Source: Gemmatimonadaceae bacterium
Lineage (GTDB): Bacteria; Gemmatimonadota; Gemmatimonadetes; Gemmatimonadales; Gemmatimonadaceae
Direction: 5' to 3'
Length of the DNA stretch: 64,000 bases
NCBI GenBank assembly: GCA_051859245.1
Contig: JBHYGA010000004.1
Location: 704,001 to 768,000, forward strand
The notes under the pieces were generated by a model, which was given only the letters and a program-made list of their open reading frames with translations, did not search any database and was not told the DNA's origin. This document shows, one piece after another, positions 55,902-64,000 of this stretch. Each line of letters opens with the position of its first letter. The stretch's first letter is position 1. Made by a program: the position numbers and the translations under genes.

Positions 55902-58900
55902 ATGTTCAAACAGCTCTTCGCCTTTGAGTTGCGCGGACACTTCAGGCGACCCACGACATGGCTGTACGTCGCCATCATGTTCTTGCTGGCATTTTTCGCC
56001 ATTGGAACGGACGCCGTGCTCGTTGGGCCCAGTCTGGGGAAGGTCAAGCGCAACAGTCCCTATTCGATCGCGCAGATCTTCGCGATTCTCCTTGCGATCG
56101 GACAGATCATCACCAGTGCGCTCGTTGGAGCCACCGTGCTGCGCGACTACGAAGCCGGTGTGCATGAACTGCTCTTCACCACCCGCGTGACGCGTCGCGG
56201 ATATCTTGCCGCCAAGTATCTCGCTGCATTTCTGGCCATGCTGCTCGTATTTATGGCCGTGCCGGTTGGGGCGCTGCTCGGAAGCACCATGCCGTGGGTG
56301 GATGCAGAAACCATGCAGGCGATCAATGTGTGGCACTACCTGCAGCCAACACTCGTGATCGGCGTTCCCGGCATCTTCTTTCTGAGTGCGCTGCTGTTTT
56401 CGGTGGGCTCGATCACGCGCAGTGCGTTCGCCGTGTATGTGACTGGCATTCTGCTGCTGGTTGGCTACTCCGTTGGACAAACCCTCGTCGCCACGCTCGA
56501 TCGCGATCAGCTCGCGAATCTTCTCGATCCCTTCGCGCTGCAGTCAATTGAACTGACCACGCGCTACTGGACCACCGCCGAGAAGAACTCGCTCACGATA
56601 CCGCTTTCGGGTTTTATGGGTGCGAATCGCGCATTGTGGGGCGCGCTCGGCGCGGTCATGCTCTTGGCCGCATTTCAGCTGGTACGACTCGAAAAGGAGC
56701 CGCGCGCACTTGGACGTCGCAAACGTGCGACTGCCGCGACCAATACCGCCTCGGTGCCCACGCGGGTGACTGCGCGCACGGCAACTGGTACGCGGCCGGC
56801 GTACGCCGCACCGAGTCTGATCGCCGGATGGTGGACCGTCACCACGTTTCATGCGCGTTCGTTGCTGCGATCAACGCCATTTCTCGCGATCGCGGCAATT
56901 GGCCTGATCAACGTGATCATGAGCCTCTGGTTTGCCGACGAAAACGGACAAAGCAAGACCTGGCCGATGACGTGGCTGATGGCCGAAACCGCGGTGGGTG
57001 CGGCGGGGCTGTTTCAGGTTGTGCTGCTCACGTTCTACGCGGGTGAGCTCGTGTGGCGTGAGCGACAGGTCCGACTCGATCAAGTGCTCGATGCGGCACC
57101 AGTACGCACGGCGAGTGTGTTGCTTGGCAAAGTGTCGGCAATGCTGGTGTTGATGGCGGCCTTCGCTGTCGTTGGCGTGCTCGGCGGCATGCTGGTACAA
57201 CTCGCCAAGGGATTCTCGATCACCGATCCGCAGTTGTACGCCGTGTACTTGTTCGCGGTGGATTTTCCCGGCTGGTTCCCGATGGTGACGCTCGCGTTTC
57301 TGGTGCAGTCACTGGTGCCGCGAAAGCCCATTGGTCACGTGATCATGATTCTGATCTACTTCAGCACGATTGTGCTGTCGTCGATTGGCTGGGACTATTC
57401 CCTGTTGCAGCTCGGCGCCGTGCCATCGTTCACGTGGAGTGATCTCAATGGTGCCGGCATCTTCCCGCGCGCGTTCCTGAGCGTACACGGGTTCGGCATT
57501 TCTCTGGCACTCATATTCGGCGCACTGGCGTTTGTGGTGTGGCAGCGCGGTACCACCCGCGGGCACTACGCCGCGCGCCTGCGGAACAGTACGCGTGTTG
57601 TGCTCGGCGCTGGAGTTGCTGGTGCCGTCGCGTTTGGTGGCCTGTACTACTACAACACGAGCATTCTCAACTCGTGGCGTCCGCGAAAGGCCAATGAGCG
57701 TCGACAGGTTGCCTTTGAGCAGGCATGGCGGCCGTACGAAACTCTGGCGCAGCCCAAAGTTGTTGCTGTGTCCGTCGGGCTTGACCTCGAACCCTCGCGG
57801 CTCACCGCACGGTCGCACGGCACGATGACCATGGTGAATCGACACGCCCGAGCCATCGATACGATCTGGGTGAATGTGCCGGCCACGGATGGCGGCCTGC
57901 ACGTCACGATCGATACGCTCGCGTTTGATCGTGCGGCCGAGTGGATCGCGGGAGACTCGGCCTGGGGTGTGCACATGTTGCGACTTGCCTCGCCGCTGCA
58001 GCCGGGCGATTCCCTCAGGCTTCGCTTCGCACAATCGTTTGCGGTACTCGGGTTTACCGACGACGCCCCGGAATCAGCGCTGGTTGGAAACGGCTCATTC
58101 TTTGGACGCGACAAGTTCCCCATTATCGGATATGATCGCCGCGGCGAACTCACGAGCGACGAGCTGCGACGCAAGTATGGGTTGTCGCCAGCACGTCGAG
58201 CGCCGGCGCGCACCGACACGGCAGCCCTGAACCGGCTCGTGTTCGCGAACGACGCGGACTACATCACGTTTGAAGCAACCGTCAGTACCGATCCGGATCA
58301 GATTGCCATGGCGCCGGGCTATCTCGAACGCGAATGGCAGGCCAACGGCCGTCGGTATTTCAAGTACGTGATGGACGCACCGATCATGAACTTCTTCTCG
58401 GTGTTGTCAGCACGCTGGACCGTCACGAAAGGCGAGTGGAACAACATTCCGATCGAGATCTACCACCATCCTGCGCACACCTTCAATGTGGCGCGCATGA
58501 TCGAAGCGTCGCAGGCATCACTGGAGTTCTTCTCGCGTGAGTTTGGCGCGTATCAGCATCGCCAGCTGCGCATCCTGGAGTTTCCGCGCTATCAGGCGTT
58601 CGCACAGTCGTTCCCGAATACCGTGCCGTACTCCGAAGCGATCGGCTTCGTGGCGCGCCTCGACACCACCGATGTCGAAGACACCGACCTGCCGTACTTC
58701 GTGACCGCGCATGAAATCGCGCACCAATGGTTTCCGTATCAACGCCTTCCGGCCGACGCGGAAGGTGGACAAATGTTGTCGGAGTCACTCTCGGAATACG
58801 CCGCGCTGGTGATCGCCGAGCGCAAACACGGTCGCGCGTTTACGCAGAAGTTTCTGCGCGCTGAGCTGGACACCTATTTGCGCGGTCGTGCGGGCGAGAC

Positions 58901-59495
58901 CAAAGCGGAGCGTCCGCTCGAACGTGTCGACAATCAGGGCTACATTCAGTATCAGAAAGGTTCACTGGCGCTGTTCGCGCTGCGCGATCTCATCGGCGAG
59001 CGTGCGCTGCATGCCGGACTCCGCGCGTATCTCGATGAGGCGCGCTTTGGGGGGCCGCCTTTTGCCACGTCGGCTGACCTCATGCGCCACCTGCATGCGG
59101 CCACGCCAGACTCGTTGCGATACGCGGTGCAGGACTATTTCGAGACCATCACGCTGTGGGACGTCAAAGCGGACAGCAGTACGGTTATTGAGCAGCCCGA
59201 CGGACAGTTCAAAGTCACGCTCTTCGCGACATCAAGAAAGCTGCGAGCGGATTCGCTGGGCGAGGAAGCCGAGGTACCAATGGCCGACTACGTAGACGTG
59301 GGTGTCTTTGAGCCAGCGACAGCCGGTGCCCGTATCGGGAAGGCTATCGCGATCAGAAAAGAGCGTGTAAAAACCGGGAGCGGACGGTATGAATTTGTCG
59401 TACCCACTCGACCGGCACGGGTTGGCATCGATCCCTACAACCTGCTCATTGACCGCAACCCTGGAGACAACGCGCGCGACGTGGTCGGCAAATAG
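55902..59495 (+). CDS. ABC-2-type permease fused to an M1-family (gluzincin) aminopeptidase domain
   Basis: Two multi-TM permease-like halves, then a soluble domain with FAQSFPN, HEIAH-X19-E and YQKG; starts immediately after the ATPase stop. Confidence 0.9.
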   Translation: MFKQLFAFELRGHFRRPTTWLYVAIMFLLAFFAIGTDAVLVGPSLGKVKRNSPYSIAQIFAILLAIGQIITSALVGATVLRDYEAGVHELLFTTRVTRRGYLAAKYLAAFLAMLLVFMAVPVGALLGSTMPWVDAETMQAINVWHYLQPTLVIGVPGIFFLSALLFSVGSITRSAFAVYVTGILLLVGYSVGQTLVATLDRDQLANLLDPFALQSIELTTRYWTTAEKNSLTIPLSGFMGANRALWGALGAVMLLAAFQLVRLEKEPRALGRRKRATAATNTASVPTRVTARTATGTRPAYAAPSLIAGWWTVTTFHARSLLRSTPFLAIAAIGLINVIMSLWFADENGQSKTWPMTWLMAETAVGAAGLFQVVLLTFYAGELVWRERQVRLDQVLDAAPVRTASVLLGKVSAMLVLMAAFAVVGVLGGMLVQLAKGFSITDPQLYAVYLFAVDFPGWFPMVTLAFLVQSLVPRKPIGHVIMILIYFSTIVLSSIGWDYSLLQLGAVPSFTWSDLNGAGIFPRAFLSVHGFGISLALIFGALAFVVWQRGTTRGHYAARLRNSTRVVLGAGVAGAVAFGGLYYYNTSILNSWRPRKANERRQVAFEQAWRPYETLAQPKVVAVSVGLDLEPSRLTARSHGTMTMVNRHARAIDTIWVNVPATDGGLHVTIDTLAFDRAAEWIAGDSAWGVHMLRLASPLQPGDSLRLRFAQSFAVLGFTDDAPESALVGNGSFFGRDKFPIIGYDRRGELTSDELRRKYGLSPARRAPARTDTAALNRLVFANDADYITFEATVSTDPDQIAMAPGYLEREWQANGRRYFKYVMDAPIMNFFSVLSARWTVTKGEWNNIPIEIYHHPAHTFNVARMIEASQASLEFFSREFGAYQHRQLRILEFPRYQAFAQSFPNTVPYSEAIGFVARLDTTDVEDTDLPYFVTAHEIAHQWFPYQRLPADAEGGQMLSESLSEYAALVIAERKHGRAFTQKFLRAELDTYLRGRAGETKAERPLERVDNQGYIQYQKGSLALFALRDLIGERALHAGLRAYLDEARFGGPPFATSADLMRHLHAATPDSLRYAVQDYFETITLWDVKADSSTVIEQPDGQFKVTLFATSRKLRADSLGEEAEVPMADYVDVGVFEPATAGARIGKAIAIRKERVKTGSGRYEFVVPTRPARVGIDPYNLLIDRNPGDNARDVVGK

Positions 59496-59555
59496 CCGTC
59501 TGGATCGAGACGTCAGAAGTGCACACTGGAGAGCGAGATTGGTTAGACTATCAGG

Positions 59556-62500
59556 ATGATGCATACCAGTCTCGCTCGCCCGTTCTCCGATGAGATCAGG
59601 GCGCGCGGAAAATTTCTGTTCTCTACCGGCGCCGTGCACATGGCGCACTCCGCGCCGGAACTTGTGCTCGCCGTTGTGCAGGCCGATGGCTCGTTCTCGC
59701 TCACCATTCGGGCAGAGCAGGGACAGCTCCTCCTCTCGTGCTCCTGCGACAGCGCAGTTGCCGGGATCGCCTGTGAGCACCTGTGGGCCTTCCTGCTGGC
59801 CATTCGCAACAACGGAGCGCTCGCGAACCTGCTGCGGAGCTCCGGCGATGTCACAGACGTCGTGGTTGGTCCGGATGCCGGCGCGTCGGAGGCCGAATCG
59901 CGTCTTGCCGCGTCACCGCCGCCGTCCATCCGATCGCCGCAAACGCCGTCCTGGCAGCACGCGATTGAACGCGCGCGCTGGCGCATGCAATACGAATACG
60001 ACACGGCGCTGCGCGAGCACGCCGAGTGGCCGGCGGATCGTCGACTGGTCTATGTGATCGATACGGTAGCGTCACGCAGCGCGCCTGGCGTGACCATCGA
60101 ACTGGCCACGGAGAAGCGCAATCGTGATGGCGTGTGGAGCACGCCCAAAACGTTTGCCTATTCCACCGCCATGTGGTTTGCCTCGCCGGAGGCGTCAGAT
60201 CAGGACATCGCCCGCGCGCTGCTCGGCGCGGCGCCGCTGCCCGACTTCGGGCGTGTACGCACGTCGTTTGTGCTCGCGGAATCCGGCGAGCATCCATTGC
60301 TGCGCAAAATCTGCAGCACCGGTCGGGCTCGTTTGCGAACGCATGGATCACGTACACACTTGCCGGCCGTTCGCTGGGATGACAGCAGCGCCGACGGCGC
60401 GCCGTGGACGTTCGAACTGGCCGTCAAGCGCATGCGCAGCGGCGAGCACGTGCTCGAAGGCGCGATCGTGCGGGGGGAACAGCGACTGCCAATCACCGCA
60501 CCGGATCTGCTGCACCCCAGCGGCGTGATCATCGTGAATGACAAGGTCGCACTCTTCAATCACGCTGGCGCGTTCCCCATGCTGACCGAGCTGCAAGCCG
60601 CGCCCGGCATGGCAGTGGGACGGGATGTCGCCGATGTGCTCACGCGGCTGTACTCCATGCCGCACGTGCCGGCGCTCACGTTGCCCGCCGAAGTTGCGAT
60701 TCAGCAGTCGCATGATGAGCCGGTTCCGCGATTGGTGTTCTCGGCCGACGCGGCGCCTGTATTGCGCAAGGACATGACGGGCATCCAGCTCGAGTTTCAG
60801 TACGGCACACAACGCGTGAAAGCCACCGATAGCGGCGCTTCACGATTCTGTCCGACCACGAACACGCTCTATCACCGACATGGTGAGGCCGAAGCGCGTG
60901 CACGCGCGCGACTGCTCACACTCGGCGCGACCGAGCTGCGTGATTTGACCACGCGACAGGAAGGGCTGGTGCTGCCGCGGTCGCGTATGCCGAATGTCGC
61001 GTTTCAGCTGGCGCGCGAAGGTTGGCAAGTGGAGGCCGAAGGTCGCGCGTTGCGAGCACCGGGCACGGTCCGCGCTACGGTGCGCACGGGGGTCGACTGG
61101 TTTGATCTCGATGGCGCCGTTGAATACGGTGATGCCACGGCGTCATTGACTGCGGTGCTCGAAGCGCGACGCAAAGGCGAAGACTCCGTGCAACTCAGCG
61201 ACGGTACTCATGGCTTGTTGCCGACGGATTGGCTGAGTCAGCTTGGACCATTGCTTGCCGGTGGCGAGCGCGGCGAAAGTGGTACGCGTTTTCGCAAGAC
61301 GCAGCTGTCGCTGCTTGATGCGTTGCTCGCTTCGTTGCCGGATGTCGATGTGGACGAAACATTCGCGACAGCGCGCACGAAGCTCGAAGGGTTTGATCAC
61401 ATCGTGCCCGCAGATGCACCGCCCACGTTTACGGGTGTGCTACGCGAATATCAGCGGGAAGGTCTCGGTTGGTTGCACTTCTTGCGCGAGTTTGGATTCG
61501 GCGGGTGTCTGGCCGACGACATGGGACTCGGCAAAACGATTCAGGTGTTGGCACTGCTCGAAGCACGACGCGTGGCGGGACATGGCCCATCGCTCGTGGT
61601 GGTGCCACGTTCGCTGGTGTTTAATTGGCAGCGTGAAGCGGAGAAGTTCGCGCCGCAGATGCGCGTGATGGACTGGGGCGAGTCTGAACGGCGTGTGGAC
61701 TTGTTCGATGCCACAAGCGTTGATCTCGTGATTGTGACGTACGGAACGCTACGGCGTGATGCCGTGCATCTTGGCGCGATCTCGTTTGATTACGTGGTGC
61801 TCGACGAAGCGCAGGCCATCAAGAACAGCAGCACGGCCACGTCCAAAGCCACGCGACTGCTGCAGGCAGAGCATCGTCTGGCCCTGAGCGGTACGCCAAT
61901 TGAAAACCGGATTGAAGAGTTGTGGAGTTTGCTCGACTTCCTGAATCCGGGAATGTTGGGCGGCTCCATGCGCTTCACGTCGCTGTTGCGAGACGCGTCG
62001 CCAGTGGCCGAGCATCTTGCCGTCGCGGCACCTGATGCAGCGGCCGCCGCTGAGAATGGCAGCGCGGCGGAGCATGCCGTCGCGGTTGAAGGTGAACCAG
62101 TGGCCGCAGAGGGCGATGCCGAAGTCGCGGCTGCGATGCACGACATACTCGCACGCGCGCTGCGTCCCGTAATTCTACGTCGCACCAAAACAGAAGTGGC
62201 GCCCGAACTGCCGGAACGGGTGGAGAGCACACTCGAAGTTGAGCTGGAGCCGGATCAGCGCGCGTTCTACAACGAACTGCGCGATCGTTACCGCTCGAGC
62301 TTGCTGCAAATGGTCGACCGCGAGGGGCTGCAGAAGTCGCGCATGCACATTCTCGAAGCCCTGTTGCGGCTTCGTCAGGCGGCGTGTCATCCGCAGTTGG
62401 CCGACGCCACCAAGAAGAACTTGCCAAGCGCCAAGCTCGACGCGCTGATTCCGGCGTTGGCCGAAGTGAGCGCCGAGGGAAACAAAGCGCTGGTCTTCTC

Positions 62501-62933
62501 ACAGTTCACGTCGTTCCTCGCCATTGTGAAAAAGGCGCTCGACGCGGAAGGTATTGCGTACGAGTATCTGGATGGGCGCACGCGCGATCGTGAAGCACGC
62601 GTGGCACGCTTTCAGAATGATCCGGCCTGTCCGCTGTTCCTTATCAGTCTCAAGGCCGGTGGCCACGGCCTCAACCTGACGGCCGCAGACTACGTGTTTC
62701 TGCTTGATCCCTGGTGGAATCCCGCCGTGGAAGCACAGGCTATCGATCGCGCACACCGCATTGGTCGTGCGCGGCGTGTGATTGCCACGCGATTGGTGGC
62801 ACGTGATACGATCGAGGAGAAGATCTTGCAGCTGCAGGCGTCCAAACGTGCACTCGCGGATGCGATCCTCACCGCCGACAAGGGTGTCATGGCGTCCATC
62901 GGACGCGAGGAGCTGGAGTTGTTGCTGGGCTAG
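59556..62933 (+). CDS. SWIM zinc-finger plus SNF2-family helicase-like ATPase
   Basis: CSC...CEH (SWIM); LADDMGLGKT, DEAQ, SGTPIEN, FSQF, SLKAGGHGLNLT, QAIDRAHRIG. Confidence 0.93.
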   Translation: MMHTSLARPFSDEIRARGKFLFSTGAVHMAHSAPELVLAVVQADGSFSLTIRAEQGQLLLSCSCDSAVAGIACEHLWAFLLAIRNNGALANLLRSSGDVTDVVVGPDAGASEAESRLAASPPPSIRSPQTPSWQHAIERARWRMQYEYDTALREHAEWPADRRLVYVIDTVASRSAPGVTIELATEKRNRDGVWSTPKTFAYSTAMWFASPEASDQDIARALLGAAPLPDFGRVRTSFVLAESGEHPLLRKICSTGRARLRTHGSRTHLPAVRWDDSSADGAPWTFELAVKRMRSGEHVLEGAIVRGEQRLPITAPDLLHPSGVIIVNDKVALFNHAGAFPMLTELQAAPGMAVGRDVADVLTRLYSMPHVPALTLPAEVAIQQSHDEPVPRLVFSADAAPVLRKDMTGIQLEFQYGTQRVKATDSGASRFCPTTNTLYHRHGEAEARARARLLTLGATELRDLTTRQEGLVLPRSRMPNVAFQLAREGWQVEAEGRALRAPGTVRATVRTGVDWFDLDGAVEYGDATASLTAVLEARRKGEDSVQLSDGTHGLLPTDWLSQLGPLLAGGERGESGTRFRKTQLSLLDALLASLPDVDVDETFATARTKLEGFDHIVPADAPPTFTGVLREYQREGLGWLHFLREFGFGGCLADDMGLGKTIQVLALLEARRVAGHGPSLVVVPRSLVFNWQREAEKFAPQMRVMDWGESERRVDLFDATSVDLVIVTYGTLRRDAVHLGAISFDYVVLDEAQAIKNSSTATSKATRLLQAEHRLALSGTPIENRIEELWSLLDFLNPGMLGGSMRFTSLLRDASPVAEHLAVAAPDAAAAAENGSAAEHAVAVEGEPVAAEGDAEVAAAMHDILARALRPVILRRTKTEVAPELPERVESTLEVELEPDQRAFYNELRDRYRSSLLQMVDREGLQKSRMHILEALLRLRQAACHPQLADATKKNLPSAKLDALIPALAEVSAEGNKALVFSQFTSFLAIVKKALDAEGIAYEYLDGRTRDREARVARFQNDPACPLFLISLKAGGHGLNLTAADYVFLLDPWWNPAVEAQAIDRAHRIGRARRVIATRLVARDTIEEKILQLQASKRALADAILTADKGVMASIGREELELLLG

Positions 62934-62942
62934 CCGAAATCA

Positions 62943-64000
62943 TTACTGCTTTGACATCAGATACGCGCGCACGGCCGGGTCTTCCGTCAGACCAATGGCT
63001 CGTGCGCGCGCGTCATGTGCGGCTGTGGTGTTTCCCAGTTCGCTGAACAAATGCGCGCGCAGCGCCCACCACGGCTGATAGTTGCGCACTGCATCCATCG
63101 GTAGCGCGTCCGCTTCCGCCAGTGCACGTGCTGCGCCGTAGGCACGCGCGTACGCAGCCGCACGGTTGACGTAGGCACCAACGGTTGGCGACAACATCAC
63201 GAGCTGATCATAGAGCAACGCGATCGCTGCATAGTCTGACTGCCCGCGAAAGTGTTCGGCCAGATGCGCTGATTGTATCGCTGCCTCGAGTTGAAAACGT
63301 CCTGGCGTCAGGAAACGCGACGCGCGACGAAGCAGTTGTTCAGCCGTGTGAATGCGCGTGGCATCCCATGAGTCGACCGACTGCTCAGCAAACGGAATGT
63401 ATGCGCCGTCTGACCCCCGACGCGACGCATCGCGCGCGCGGCAATACAGAAAGAGCGATAAGAGTCCCAGTGCTTCCGCTTCATCGGGCAAGGCGTGCAC
63501 AAGAATCTCCGCGAGATGAATCGCTTCGTCGCGCAGCTCGTGCCGCTGAGACGCGTCAGAAAACCCGTTGCTCTCGGAGCCGAGCCAGGCCACACCAAAC
63601 GCGGCGTACAGTGCTTCCAGTACTGCGTTCAGTCGAGGCGCACGCTCACTCGGCGCGGGTACGCGGAATGCAATGCCCGCGTCGCGAATCTTCCGCTTCG
63701 CGCGTACCAGTCGTTGCGCCATGGCTGATGGCGCGGTGAGATACGCGTTCGCGATGACAGCGGCGTCGATGCCAAGCACCACTTGCAGCATCAATGGCGT
63801 GTGCACGCTCGCATCAATGCCGGGATCAGCGCACGCAAACAGCAACTCGGCGCGACGATCGGGCAGGGTCTCAGTCTCGTCAGCCTGCTCCACCACGCGC
63901 GCCGCATACTCAAGTTCTGGCTCGGCGCGCAGGCGAACCTCATCACGTCGAGCGCGATCAAGCACTCGGCGTCGTGCCACGGCCAGCAACCACGCCTCGG
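62943..64000 (-). CDS. ECF sigma factor with C-terminal DUF6596/TPR extension (partial, 5' end outside the window)
   Basis: EAWLLAVARRR (region 2), LLFACADP, AMAQRLVRAKRKI (region 4), GRFQLEAAI, YQPWWA. Confidence 0.88.
   Translation of the reverse strand, partial: EAWLLAVARRRVLDRARRDEVRLRAEPELEYAARVVEQADETETLPDRRAELLFACADPGIDASVHTPLMLQVVLGIDAAVIANAYLTAPSAMAQRLVRAKRKIRDAGIAFRVPAPSERAPRLNAVLEALYAAFGVAWLGSESNGFSDASQRHELRDEAIHLAEILVHALPDEAEALGLLSLFLYCRARDASRRGSDGAYIPFAEQSVDSWDATRIHTAEQLLRRASRFLTPGRFQLEAAIQSAHLAEHFRGQSDYAAIALLYDQLVMLSPTVGAYVNRAAAYARAYGAARALAEADALPMDAVRNYQPWWALRAHLFSELGNTTAAHDARARAIGLTEDPAVRAYLMSKQ

Noticed and set aside
59556..62933. SNF2 ATPase as an anti-phage defence system
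   Set aside because: It is a stand-alone SWIM-SNF2 with no adjacent methylase, nuclease or other defence gene, and this architecture is a common housekeeping type.

Overview
This is a GC-rich, gene-dense bacterial chromosomal window. Gene style (Oar-like TonB receptor, PEP-CTERM, membrane Hanks kinases, Gly-rich exported peptidases) suggests Gemmatimonadota; that is an inference, not a search result. I saw no rRNA, tRNA, CRISPR array, transposase or phage gene. In order, it holds: a partial TonB-dependent receptor (missed by the ORF track); a PEP-CTERM protein; an envelope operon (CsgG/HfaB-like lipoprotein, putative outer-membrane beta-barrel, 1002-aa Cys-rich repeat lipoprotein); a second CsgG-like gene divergent from a Ser/Thr kinase; aminotransferase, SRPBCC, ALDH and a second kinase; a ~16 kb block of exported peptidases, Tat-signal TldD, TldE, DUF4159 and a MoxR/DUF58/BatA module; an unannotated strictosidine-synthase-like remnant; TetR/old-yellow-enzyme with twin operators; a PAS hybrid kinase and a GAF-GGDEF protein; an animal/fungal-like [2Fe-2S] ferrochelatase; coupled rmuC-recC-recB-recD; DUF3300; an ABC ATPase plus permease-M1 peptidase fusion; a SWIM-SNF2 ATPase; and a partial ECF sigma factor. 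The best candidates for undescribed systems are the CsgG-like/barrel/giant-lipoprotein operon and the Tat-TldDE/DUF4159/MoxR peptidase block. All family calls come from motif recognition by eye.
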